Assembly: GCA_027051165.1 (NCBI GenBank)
Contig: JALTZZ010000011.1
Location: 5,556 to 69,555, forward strand
Source of the DNA: an archaeon
Lineage (GTDB): Archaea > Hydrothermarchaeota > Hydrothermarchaeia > JALTZZ01
Reading direction: 5' to 3'
DNA length: 64,000 nucleotides
A program made the translations under genes and the position numbers. Positions within the stretch are counted from its first letter, which is position 1, and each line of letters starts with the position of its first letter. The notes beneath the pieces were generated by a model. The model was not told the origin of the DNA. It saw only the letters and a list, made by a program, of their open reading frames with translations, and searched no databases. Below are positions 17,431-26,984 of the stretch, in pieces.

Positions 17431-17701
17431 GGTGCAGATCTTTGTAACCCCAACCTGTCCAAGTTGCGAACCTGTTTTTGAGGAAACTTTCAGAGTGGTT
17501 GAAGAGGTCAGAAGAAAATTAGATATAGAAATTGATGTGGAAAAGATTGATGTAACTAAGAAAGAAAACTTGAAGCTGGCTCTAAAGTATGGGGTTAAAT
17601 CCGTGCCTACAATTGTAGTGTGTGGAAAGGAAGTAATAAGAGGTGTTCCAAATAAAGACACCCTTATAAAGATTATTAGAAAATGTTCAGGTTTTGTGTA
17701 A
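17411..17701 (+). CDS. Thioredoxin/glutaredoxin-like protein
   Basis: TPTCPSC, YGVKSVPTIV. Confidence 0.85.
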   Translation: MLKMVVKVQIFVTPTCPSCEPVFEETFRVVEEVRRKLDIEIDVEKIDVTKKENLKLALKYGVKSVPTIVVCGKEVIRGVPNKDTLIKIIRKCSGFV

Positions 17702-17946
17702 ATTTTTTTATTGGTTGAAATTTTTCAGATAAGCAAAAAATTGCTTTTTATTTAGAATAAATTAATAAACTAACAGATAACCCTCCTGCATCACCCATTT
17801 AGGGTTGCTATAAAATTTACAAGAGTTCCACCAAAGTTTTTCACAGCTGTGAGAATCAGGAACTTATAAGAATTTTATAGAATTGCTATAAGCATGCACA
17901 ACCAAGTTGGCAATCAATTGACAATTTCTCACAACTGTGAAGACAT

Positions 17947-18421
17947 CTAAATCTGATATCTTTTCCTCAATTCTTTTTTAATCTCATCTAAGCTTTTACC
18001 CTTAAGTAATTCCTCAACAGCCTTTGTATCCAAAGCTAAAAACTTCTCAGACTTAAGACCATATATTATAAAATCCCTATCGTTAGTCCATATCGGTATA
18101 TTAAGCTTCAAAGCCAATGCAATAAAAGGAGAATCCTTAACATCGAAATTCTTCGCAATTTCATAAGCTTCATTTAATTTATCTTTATAGTAGAACTCTG
18201 GTATCACCTTCAAAACCTTTGGGAACTTCTGTGTCAGGATATAAAGTATCTGATCTTCCGATAAAGAAATTTTGTCTTATTTCGTAAAATATATAAGCAG
18301 GAACATATAGGGATAATCTTCTGCCAAATATAAACCTCTTAATCTTTAAACTCTTTATTAAAGCAGAAACGATAATATTCGTATCAACTACAAGTCTAAC
18401 ATTTTCTCGATTTTTTTCCAT
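17947..18421 (-). pseudogene. PIN-domain (VapC-like) toxin, split by frameshift/deletion
   Basis: N-terminal LVVDTNIIVSAL in 18185-18421; C-terminal DVKDSPFIALAL...IWTND in 17947-18213. Confidence 0.8.
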
Positions 18422-18609
18422 GCTCTCTCCTTTATATTTTCACTTATTTTCTCAACTTCATCATCTGATATTCTGGATTCCTCTAAAGACCTTTCCCAGA
18501 TAGCATCTATAATTAGGTCGTGTAAAATTTCATTTATTTTTTCTTTCAACAAGTTTTCTGACTTTTCATCTATCCACTCAGGAACCTCTATTGTAATCGT
18601 CTTAGGCAT
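18388..18609 (-). CDS. Putative antitoxin
   Basis: Small acidic protein (MPKTITIEVPEW) directly upstream of and overlapping the PIN gene. Confidence 0.65.
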   Translation of the reverse strand: MPKTITIEVPEWIDEKSENLLKEKINEILHDLIIDAIWERSLEESRISDDEVEKISENIKERAWKKIEKMLDL

Positions 18610-18752
18610 ATCCTTTCACCTATTCTTAACGTCGTTTCTCACAGCTGCGAAAAGTTGTTCAGAACATTCCTCAGCAAGAACTTAAATGCTTTGAACCTTC
18701 TATCAGAAATAAAGCTCAAGGAATATTTAGATATGGAAAAAAAGGAAAAATA

Positions 18753-18826
18753 TAGCCCGGGGCGGATTCGAACCGCCGTCTCGGGATCCAGAGTCCCGAA
18801 TGATTGACCAGCTACACCACCGGGCT
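18753..18826 (-). tRNA. tRNA-Gln(CTG)
   Basis: AGCCCGGTGGTGTAGCTGGTCAATCATTCGGGA-CTCTGGA-TCCCGAGACGGCGGTTCGAATCCGCCCCGGGCTA cloverleaf; no encoded CCA. Confidence 0.96.
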
Positions 18827-18894
18827 GTTGCAGATCAACAATCCTCTAAAACATTAACATTATAAAAATAACAAAAAATTAAAAATAAAAAGAA

Positions 18895-19014
18895 TTAAGA
18901 AGTTTTCTTTAGCTTCCAGTAGAAGTCAGTCGTATATAATGGGTCCCCAAATCTTGGATACTTTTTATAGTTAACCTTTCTCAGCTTATCAAAGATCTCA
19001 AAGAAGTTTTTCAA
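18895..19014 (-). CDS. Putative 39-aa small protein coupled to htpX
   Basis: GGTGAT RBS, TTG overlapping the htpX stop; [39 protein letters not shown]. Confidence 0.45.
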   Translation of the reverse strand: MKNFFEIFDKLRKVNYKKYPRFGDPLYTTDFYWKLKKTS

Positions 19015-19853
19015 CGTATCACCCCGGCAAGCTTTTCAAGTCTCCTTATTCTCTCCTCAGTTGGAGGATGCGTGCTGAACAATTTAATAATCGTTCTCCC
19101 GCTTAAAGGATTTACTATGAACATATGCGATGTTGCAGGGTTCGCATCCATGGGTATTTGCCTCACCGCATACTCAAGCTTCCTTAATGCACTCGCAAGT
19201 GCAAGTGGTTTATGAGTGATCTTTGCTCCGGTTTCGTCTGCCATAAATTCTCTTGTTCTTGAAATTGCCAGCTGAATTATTGTGGCAATTATAGGTGCTA
19301 TTATCGCCATTAAGAGTGCACCAACTACTTCAGCCTTATCTCTATCCCTTGCAGAGAAGAGAACAGCCCACTGAGCCATATAGGCAAGCATTGAAATTGC
19401 ACCAGCTATTGTGGCTGCAACCGTGCTTACAAGGGTATCTCTGTTCTTTATATGTGCTATTTCATGCCCAATTACCCCTTCAAGTTCATCATCATCAAGC
19501 AGCCTTAATATTCCCTGAGTAACGGCTACTGCTGCATGATTTGGATCTCTACCAGTTGCAAAGGCGTTTGGAGTTTCAGTTGGTATTATATAGACCTTTG
19601 GCTTTGGTATGCCAGCACTCATTGCAACCCTATCAACGATTCTGTGAAGCCTCGGTGCCTCTGCTGGACTAACTTCTTTAGCACCATACATTGCAAGAAC
19701 GATTTTATCACTATACCAGTATGCGGTGAAGTTCATCAATGCAGCAAAGAGAAAGGCAACGATAACACCTGCAGGACCACCTATAATCGCTCCTATTGCA
19801 AGCAGTATTCCTGTAAGTGCTCCAAGCAGCAAGGCTGTTCTTAACATTCCCAT
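19011..19853 (-). CDS. htpX: Zinc metalloprotease HtpX
   Basis: [28 protein letters not shown]. Confidence 0.95.
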   Translation of the reverse strand: MGMLRTALLLGALTGILLAIGAIIGGPAGVIVAFLFAALMNFTAYWYSDKIVLAMYGAKEVSPAEAPRLHRIVDRVAMSAGIPKPKVYIIPTETPNAFATGRDPNHAAVAVTQGILRLLDDDELEGVIGHEIAHIKNRDTLVSTVAATIAGAISMLAYMAQWAVLFSARDRDKAEVVGALLMAIIAPIIATIIQLAISRTREFMADETGAKITHKPLALASALRKLEYAVRQIPMDANPATSHMFIVNPLSGRTIIKLFSTHPPTEERIRRLEKLAGVIR

Positions 19854-19859
19854 AATTCA

Positions 19860-20252
19860 TCACCTCATATCTAGTTCTTCTTCAGCAAGAGGCTTTATAT
19901 CAACCACCGGAGTTCCGTCAATAGCATCTAAATATTTTACTCTTATAATATTTTTTTCGATACTTAGAACTTTAACAATTGCAAATCCTATTGGATTGGG
20001 TCTATCCGGACTTCTTGTTGCAAAGATACCTCTGTTTTTAATCTCAGAAAACAGAACATCTCTTTTTGCTTTATGCATCCAGTATAGTATTATCAGGTAT
20101 TTATAATTATCTAAACCAATCAATCCTCTTTTAAATTCATCGTATATCACAATTTCAGATACTTCTTCCGTTAAAAAGCCTTGCTTTGGAGCTTCATCCC
20201 TACTTTTAAATTTCGACTTTATATATCCTATTGGAACTATTTTATAATGCAT
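19860..20252 (-). CDS. tsaA: tRNA m6t6A37 methyltransferase TsaA/TrmO family
   Basis: PIGYI, GIFATRSPDRPNPIG, DAIDGTPVVDIKP. Confidence 0.88.
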   Translation of the reverse strand: MHYKIVPIGYIKSKFKSRDEAPKQGFLTEEVSEIVIYDEFKRGLIGLDNYKYLIILYWMHKAKRDVLFSEIKNRGIFATRSPDRPNPIGFAIVKVLSIEKNIIRVKYLDAIDGTPVVDIKPLAEEELDMR

Positions 20253-20805
20253 TAAAAAACTCCTCCAGCCAGCTTATTTTACCCGGCATGTATTTTTCTA
20301 TTGGTTTTCCATTTTTAAAAGTTTTTATAATTTCTAATACTTCCTCCGCAACATCTTTAGGACTTTTTCCTGTAGTGTCTATTTCAAACACGTTTTTATG
20401 GTTTTCAACGCTTTCTATTAGACACACATCCAAAGCTTCTGCCTCAACATTCTCTCTTACCTTTTTACTGTTATATCCTCTTTTTTCAAGCCTTTTCTTT
20501 AGCTCGTTTGGGTGCAATCTGAGAACAATAACAACATCACCATCAAGAAAGTGAGATAAATGACCCTCTATTATAACATTGTTTTCATTTTTTAATTTTT
20601 CTTTAAGTTTCTCAATATCAACAACATTTGTTTCACGCTCTTCATCATATTCAAGAATTAAATCCCTATTATTTTCAACGAACTTGCCTATATCAATAAC
20701 TTTATATTTAAGCTCTTTACCAACTATCTTCGCCACGGTGCTTTTGCCAACACCAGGGGTTCCAGTTATTAAAATTCTCATAAAAATTATTAAAATTGTT
20801 GACAA
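20242..20805 (-). CDS. Adenylate kinase AK6/Fap7 family (likely start 20781)
   Basis: ITGTPGVGKST, IEGH, RGY..KVRENVEAE. Confidence 0.9.
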   Translation of the reverse strand: MSTILIIFMRILITGTPGVGKSTVAKIVGKELKYKVIDIGKFVENNRDLILEYDEERETNVVDIEKLKEKLKNENNVIIEGHLSHFLDGDVVIVLRLHPNELKKRLEKRGYNSKKVRENVEAEALDVCLIESVENHKNVFEIDTTGKSPKDVAEEVLEIIKTFKNGKPIEKYMPGKISWLEEFFNAL

Positions 20806-20974
20806 CTATTTTTCTTTTTGGAATCGTTAGTTTTAAGATCCATTGCTTTTTTAAAGGTTTCTGATAATAAGGAAAAGTCTTCTCGAATTCATCAACAATA
20901 AAATAGGGAAAAAATGCTCAAACAAGGGATATATCAAAGAAAATGCAAAACGATAAAAAGAAAAATAAAACACT

Positions 20975-22045
20975 TCAGTTACGAGAGTGATCTTTAATAA
21001 AAAGAGATATCAAAAAGGCGGAGAATGAAATTATACTGGCGAGTATTAATGTTGCACGATAACCGAAGAACTCTGCTGAAAATCCTCCAAGAATAGGACC
21101 TAAAGCTAAACAAAAACCTTGAATACTGTGTAGAATTCCTACAGCAGTTGTTTTTTCAATATTTTTTTTAGTTAAGTAGTTTAAAGTTCCTAAATAGAGG
21201 AATGCCCACCCAGAGCCAAGAACAGCATTTGAAAAGATACCATGGTATATATTTTTAGTTTGAGAAAAAAGAAACATTCCTAAGGATGTGAGAAGGATCC
21301 CAATTCTCATTGATTTAATAGGATCAACGTTTTCTATTCTTCTGAAAACGAAGAACTGGGTTATATGGTTTGTAATGTATATTATGCTGATCCCAATCTT
21401 TGGTATGCCTACTGTAATATATAAATAAACGGGAAGAATAGCCCATGCCATGTGAGCACCGATGTGCCTAAGCATGAACGGCAAATAAACGGAAAAGTTT
21501 TTCCTTATAATTCTAACCGGCATCTTTTCTACATAGACTTTGTTTTTATCTCTCTGAATAAATAAACTGAAAAAGAAAGCTGCTAAAAAACATAAACCAC
21601 CAAAAAGGAAGACATTTTTCTGAACTGCAAGAACACCAGCAACAGCTTGACCAAATATCCAGCTTAAGCTTGATAGAGAAATAAAACCGCCGAGCTTTCT
21701 CCTAAGCTCGTATGCGTAGACAACAACCGCAGAGAAGAACATTCCGGTTGAAAATCCGTTTAAAAATCTTAAAATTGAGAATAAAAAAGGAGTATTGGCA
21801 AATGCAAGAAGAAACGATGTAACAGCAGCAAAAAACAGCCCTATATTTATAACAATCTTTTTTCCGTGGACATCGGCAAACCTTCCAAAAATAAAGGAAG
21901 AAAGAAAGGAAGCTAAGCCGTATGATGCAACTATTATTCCAATCTGCCAGTCCTTTGATCCTATTTCTTTGGCAAATATTGGAACGAAGAGCATTGCAGA
22001 AGCTATTGACGTGCTTGCAAGAATCTGTATTCCCTCTATCCGCAT
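20975..22045 (-). CDS. MFS transporter
   Basis: GRFADVHGKK motif A; about 12 TM segments. Confidence 0.85.
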   Translation of the reverse strand: MRIEGIQILASTSIASAMLFVPIFAKEIGSKDWQIGIIVASYGLASFLSSFIFGRFADVHGKKIVINIGLFFAAVTSFLLAFANTPFLFSILRFLNGFSTGMFFSAVVVYAYELRRKLGGFISLSSLSWIFGQAVAGVLAVQKNVFLFGGLCFLAAFFFSLFIQRDKNKVYVEKMPVRIIRKNFSVYLPFMLRHIGAHMAWAILPVYLYITVGIPKIGISIIYITNHITQFFVFRRIENVDPIKSMRIGILLTSLGMFLFSQTKNIYHGIFSNAVLGSGWAFLYLGTLNYLTKKNIEKTTAVGILHSIQGFCLALGPILGGFSAEFFGYRATLILASIISFSAFLISLFIKDHSRN

Positions 22046-22089
22046 GGTTTAGAATATCGTTGTGCGTTTATTAAGTAGTTTTCGACTAC

Positions 22090-23259
22090 TTAGCAAATTG
22101 CAAAGAGAAGAGAAAGCAAGTATGTAAGTGCACTTGAAATGATAATATAGATATAAACACGATTTATATTAGCTCTATAAAGTTTTGCGGTAAGGACGAG
22201 GCAGAGATGTAGCGGAGATACCATTACACCTATGTATCCAGATAGAAACGCTAAAAAAAGATTTCTTTCTTCTTCAACAAAGTTTATAAGAACGGGCATT
22301 GCTATAGACCCAAAAGAAAGCTCTATGCCAGTTGCAAGTCCTACAACGAAAGAGAGAAGAAGCGAGGAGAGATATACATTTAAAAAAGAGGTATCCCTAA
22401 GAAACTTTTCTGCAGCATTTATTTCAACTATAATATTTTTGTAGAGCATTATTCCAAAGACGAGAACAAATACTGTATAGTCGAAGCTCTTTACTATTGC
22501 TTTTATCTGATCCAAATTTGGTTTCCTGAGAATAAAAGTTAGAAGCAATGAAAAAACGAGTGCAGAAAGAAGGTTCCATATAATAGCCGTTAAAATTAAA
22601 ACAATTATTGGAGAAAATGCGACAAAAAACCTAAAAATAGGCTTTTTGCATGGTGCATTGTAAGCTCTTTTTTCATTGACATCTTTAATTCCAAGTGCAA
22701 GAATAACAAGAATGCCTGAGATAAAAGAAGCTATAGCTATTGGATACGTTGTCTTTATTATGTCAAAGACGTTTTTATCAAGAACAGCTGCAGAAATTAT
22801 TATTGCTGGATAGAGAGGCCAAGAGGAGACCCAAACATGCCTCAACCAGTAGTTTATAAATGTAGCCTTAGAGGGCTCTATACCGTATCTTTTCACAAGG
22901 TCTTTTATCATCATAGCTGAAATTAGAGCTCCGCCCGGCATTGGAATAAGCCCTATTAAAAGAGGTATAAGGATTATTGAGTATTTTTTAGCAACTGAAT
23001 CTACAGAACATGTTATTTCTTTCATAAAACCGAGGACGTTCATCGAAAAGCTTAGCAGCAGTGCTAAAGATACTACTGCAAGGAGATTTAATGTAGATGA
23101 GCTTGCGGCAGTTTCAACAGACACTTTAACAAGGTTTTCTGGTTCAGTAATAATTCCGAGGAAAAATGCACCTATAAGTATAGAATAGGCTATATCTACT
23201 TTTCTTATAAGGATCATTACAAGGAATATTGATAAAATTAGTGCAAGGGTTTCGTTCAT
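22090..23259 (-). CDS. DUF401-family membrane protein
   Basis: GLIPMPGGALISA, NYWLRH, SPLHLCL. Confidence 0.8.
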   Translation of the reverse strand: MNETLALILSIFLVMILIRKVDIAYSILIGAFFLGIITEPENLVKVSVETAASSSTLNLLAVVSLALLLSFSMNVLGFMKEITCSVDSVAKKYSIILIPLLIGLIPMPGGALISAMMIKDLVKRYGIEPSKATFINYWLRHVWVSSWPLYPAIIISAAVLDKNVFDIIKTTYPIAIASFISGILVILALGIKDVNEKRAYNAPCKKPIFRFFVAFSPIIVLILTAIIWNLLSALVFSLLLTFILRKPNLDQIKAIVKSFDYTVFVLVFGIMLYKNIIVEINAAEKFLRDTSFLNVYLSSLLLSFVVGLATGIELSFGSIAMPVLINFVEEERNLFLAFLSGYIGVMVSPLHLCLVLTAKLYRANINRVYIYIIISSALTYLLSLLFAIC

Positions 23260-23334
23260 GATGATACTGTTTAGAAATTATTTATCCACGTAAAAATTTT
23301 TAGAAATAAATAAAAAATAGGGAGGTGAAGTTGT

Positions 23335-24153
23335 TTGCTAAAAATAACTGTTCTTGTTGACAACACCGTTATAAAGCCGATGGGATTAAAAGGGGAGCAC
23401 GGACTAAGCATGCTTATAGAGAAAGATGGGAAAAAAGTTCTCTTTGATACCGGACAAAGTGATATCTTATTAAAAAACTTAATGAAGCTTGATATAGATG
23501 TAGATTTTGATGCTGTAGTCGTTAGCCATGGACACTACGACCATGCTGGGGGCTTAAAGGCTGTATTGGAAAATACAAGCACAAAGGTTTTCATACACAG
23601 AGAGGCGTTTAAAACCAGATATGCGGAAGAACCTTTTAAAGGGTTTATAGGAATTCCGTTTAAAAAAGAGGTTATAGAGGATCTTGGAGATGTTATATAT
23701 ATAGACAGAGCAAGAGAGATCATAAAAGACGTTTGGGTGAGCGGATATGTTGAGAGAATAACTCCTTTTGAAAAAGGAGATTCAAGACTCTATTTTATAG
23801 AAAATGGAAAAAAAGTAGCCGACATCGTAGAAGATGACATGAGCCTTTATATAAAGACAAAAAAAGGCTTAATAATTGTTCTCGGATGTGCACATGCTGG
23901 CTTAGTAAATATTATAGAGCATGCAAGAAGAACAACGGGAGTCGAGAAGATTTGCGGAATAATCGGTGGCACACATCTCGGACTCGTAGGCAAGGAGCAG
24001 AGAAGAAAAACAATAAAATTTCTCAAGAGCTTAGATTTTGAATTTATAGCACCAAACCACTGCACAACGCAAAGCGTAATAGCCGAGCTCAAGGGCATTT
24101 TTGGAGACAGGCTTCTATTCGCTGGAGTAGGATTTGAGCATGAATTTAGCTAA
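23335..24153 (+). CDS. MBL-fold metallohydrolase (MJ0301-like)
   Basis: GEHGLS, FDTG, SHGHYDHAGG, GCAHAG, GGTHL, HCT. Confidence 0.88.
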   Translation: MLKITVLVDNTVIKPMGLKGEHGLSMLIEKDGKKVLFDTGQSDILLKNLMKLDIDVDFDAVVVSHGHYDHAGGLKAVLENTSTKVFIHREAFKTRYAEEPFKGFIGIPFKKEVIEDLGDVIYIDRAREIIKDVWVSGYVERITPFEKGDSRLYFIENGKKVADIVEDDMSLYIKTKKGLIIVLGCAHAGLVNIIEHARRTTGVEKICGIIGGTHLGLVGKEQRRKTIKFLKSLDFEFIAPNHCTTQSVIAELKGIFGDRLLFAGVGFEHEFS

Positions 24154-24979
24154 ACTTTTAGTTTTAGTAATATTATTAATGTCTGCATGCATAGGTGAAG
24201 AAAAAGAGGAAAAAAATGTTGTTGTGGTTACTATATATCCGCTATATGAAATTACGAAAGAGATAGCTGGAGATAGGTTGGAGGTTGTATCTGTTATGCC
24301 ACCTAATGCCGATATGCACACCTTTGAGCCTGATCCAAAAACCCTTGCATACATCGAAAAGGCAAAGGCTGTTGTTTTTACTGGAACTCTCTCCGAGACT
24401 TGGGAGAAAAGGATATACAAAAGGGCTAAAAATTTAAACAAAAAGATTATAAATGCATCTGAGGGAGTAAAAATAATAGAAGGGGACCCTCACTTTTGGA
24501 TATCTATAAAAAATGCTATCATTATTGTAGAAAATATCAAAAATCGTCTTAAGGAGATAGATCCAGAAAATGCTGAATATTATGAAAAAAATGCAGAAAA
24601 TTTTATTAAAAAACTCAAAGAACTTGATATAGAGTATAAAAATGCATTAAACACTTGTAGTAAAAAAATTATTATTGTTACACATCCAGCGTATACTTAT
24701 TTAGCAGAAGAATACGGTTTTGAGCAGATACCGATATATGAGGTTCATGAAGTTGAACCTTCTCCGAAAAGAATAAAAGAAATTATAGAAAAAGCGAAAA
24801 AAGAGAAAATAAAATTTATTCTATACGAAAAAGGTTTTGACAAAAAAATTGCGGAAACCTTAGCGAGAGAGATAAATGCGGAGCTTCTTGAGGTAAATCC
24901 AATTATTTCTGGGAATTATATAGAAACTATGAAGAGGAATCTTGAAGCTTTTAAGGTGGCGATGGAATGTTCGCAGTAG
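24134..24979 (+). CDS. znuA: Zn/Mn ABC transporter substrate-binding lipoprotein
   Basis: Lipobox SAC, HTFEP, DPHFW, THPAY. Confidence 0.88.
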   Translation: MSMNLAKLLVLVILLMSACIGEEKEEKNVVVVTIYPLYEITKEIAGDRLEVVSVMPPNADMHTFEPDPKTLAYIEKAKAVVFTGTLSETWEKRIYKRAKNLNKKIINASEGVKIIEGDPHFWISIKNAIIIVENIKNRLKEIDPENAEYYEKNAENFIKKLKELDIEYKNALNTCSKKIIIVTHPAYTYLAEEYGFEQIPIYEVHEVEPSPKRIKEIIEKAKKEKIKFILYEKGFDKKIAETLAREINAELLEVNPIISGNYIETMKRNLEAFKVAMECSQ

Positions 24980-25647
24980 AAATGGAAGATGTATCGTTTT
25001 CCTATGCAAAGCAAGAGGTTCTCAAGGATGTAAATCTCAAAATAAGCATTGGAGATTTTGTGGGAATTATAGGTCCAAACGGCTCTGGAAAAACAACATT
25101 AATAAAATTAATGCTTGGCATTATAAAACCAAAAAGGGGAAAAATAAGGATTTTTGGAAAAGAGATAGAAGAATTCAGAAAATGGGATTTAATAGGGTAT
25201 GTTCCACAGAAATTTGTAATTTCAAGTAGCTTTCCAGCAACCGTTGAAGAGATACTCTTATCAAGCGGAAGCGTTGATCATGACATCTTAGAAAGATTTG
25301 ATATAGATAAAATCTTGAAGAAGAAATTTGTTGAGCTCAGCGGTGGAGAGCAGCAGAGAGTTTTACTTGCTGTAGCTCTATTAAAAGATCCACAGCTGCT
25401 TATCCTTGATGAGCCAACGGTAAGCATAGACTTTGAAACACAGACAGAGTTTTATAGCATCCTCAGAGAAGAAAACAAAAAAGGGAAAACAATAATTCTC
25501 GTTTCTCACGATGTTGGAATGGTTTATGAGCACGTAAAGACTGTTATCTTTGTAAATAGAGGTATATGCTGCATAACAAAAACAAAAGAGGAAATTTATA
25601 GTGTATATGGGAAATCGTTTAGAAGATTTAACCACAGGCATGATTAG
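24967..25647 (+). CDS. znuC: Metal ABC transporter ATPase
   Basis: GPNGSGKT, LSGGEQQR, LDEP, SHD. Confidence 0.9.
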   Translation: MFAVEMEDVSFSYAKQEVLKDVNLKISIGDFVGIIGPNGSGKTTLIKLMLGIIKPKRGKIRIFGKEIEEFRKWDLIGYVPQKFVISSSFPATVEEILLSSGSVDHDILERFDIDKILKKKFVELSGGEQQRVLLAVALLKDPQLLILDEPTVSIDFETQTEFYSILREENKKGKTIILVSHDVGMVYEHVKTVIFVNRGICCITKTKEEIYSVYGKSFRRFNHRHD

Positions 25648-25655
25648 GTGTTTCC

Positions 25656-26450
25656 ATGGTGTTTGAATATGTGTTCATGAAAAATGCATTGCTCGCTGGC
25701 GTTGCCATTGCTGGAGCATGCTCACTCTTAGGAGTCTTTTTAATACTGAGAAATTTAGCAATGCTTGGCGATGGCTTGGCTCATGCTTCCTTCGGCGGTA
25801 TAGCGGCTGGTATACTTTTTAAGATAAATCCGATAGTATCAGCATTTTTATTTGCCTTGGCAAATGCAGTTGCTGTTAAAAAGCTTATGAAGAACAGGGT
25901 TTATGGTGATGCAGCAATAGCGGTAATATTTTCTTTTGGAATGGCACTGGCGGTTATGCTAATAGGTATAGCAAAGGCATTTAAATCTGATATATTTTCA
26001 TACCTCTTTGGAAGCATACTTACTGCATCGAAGATTGATGTTGCTTTAGGCTTTATAGTTTTTGCTATAGTCCTCTCTACGATCACGATATTCTATAGAG
26101 AACTCTTTCTTATAAGCTTTAATGAAGAAATAGCTCATGTGAACGGAATAAACGTAGATAGATTCAATACTGTCGTAATACTGCTCGCTTCAGCTGTTGT
26201 AGTGGTTGCCATAAAAGTTGCCGGCGTTTTGCTCGCATCTTCCTTTTTAGTAATTCCCGCACTAACAGCACTGCAGATTTCTGCTTCTTTTAAAAAATCC
26301 TTGATATTTTCTTTATTATTCAGCGAGATCTCAACGATTCTTGGAATATTCATGTCATTTTATTTAAACGTGCCTACAAGCGGAATCATAGTAATGATAA
26401 TGATATTTATATTTTTAACACTCTTTTTGGCAAAAATTCTAAGAAAATAA
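25656..26450 (+). CDS. znuB: Metal ABC transporter permease
   Basis: GDGLAHASFGG, YLFGSIL, GVLLAS. Confidence 0.9.
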   Translation: MVFEYVFMKNALLAGVAIAGACSLLGVFLILRNLAMLGDGLAHASFGGIAAGILFKINPIVSAFLFALANAVAVKKLMKNRVYGDAAIAVIFSFGMALAVMLIGIAKAFKSDIFSYLFGSILTASKIDVALGFIVFAIVLSTITIFYRELFLISFNEEIAHVNGINVDRFNTVVILLASAVVVVAIKVAGVLLASSFLVIPALTALQISASFKKSLIFSLLFSEISTILGIFMSFYLNVPTSGIIVMIMIFIFLTLFLAKILRK

Positions 26451-26467
26451 AAAAATAAAATGGATAA

Positions 26468-26881
26468 TTAACCTACAATTTTTCTGTGAATTTCCTCAAG
26501 CTTTTCTTTATATTCTTCAATAACATCTGGAAACTCAAATTTTATGTTGTCGTTTTCGAACCTTGGAAGTATGTGTATATGCACATGCATTACCTCCTGT
26601 CCACTTGCTCTGCCGTTGTTGCTAACGATGTTATATCCCTCTGCATTCAACTTCTCTTTCAGCAATTTTGCAACATTCTTCACAGATTTTATCAAAGCTG
26701 CTAAATATTCTTCATCCATCTCATCTATTGTTTCAAAGTGCTTCTTTGGAACAACCAACGTATGTGCATAAGCTCTCGGAAATATATCAAGAAAGGCTAC
26801 TGTTTTCTCATCTTCATAAACTTTATATGCGGGAACCTCACCGTTAACTATCTTGCAGAATATGCACATTTTAATCACCAC
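26468..26881 (-). CDS. HIT-family nucleotide hydrolase
   Basis: CIFCKI, GQEVMHVHIHILPR. Confidence 0.93.
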   Translation of the reverse strand: MVIKMCIFCKIVNGEVPAYKVYEDEKTVAFLDIFPRAYAHTLVVPKKHFETIDEMDEEYLAALIKSVKNVAKLLKEKLNAEGYNIVSNNGRASGQEVMHVHIHILPRFENDNIKFEFPDVIEEYKEKLEEIHRKIVG

Positions 26882-26984
26882 TCAAGAGTCTATGTTATTA
26901 ACAAACAAAAATTTTATATATTCAAAGATTATAATCTAATGTAGTATTTCTAAAATTGCTCGAAGTCTAAATAAAGGTGATAAC

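Larger units (their letters stand above)
3366..18791. mobile_element. Genomic island integrated at tRNA-Gln (molybdoenzyme respiration plus arsenic resistance), integrase absent
   Basis: Flanking 41-bp direct repeats, accessory gene content, IS and toxin-antitoxin remnants at both ends. Confidence 0.8.
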
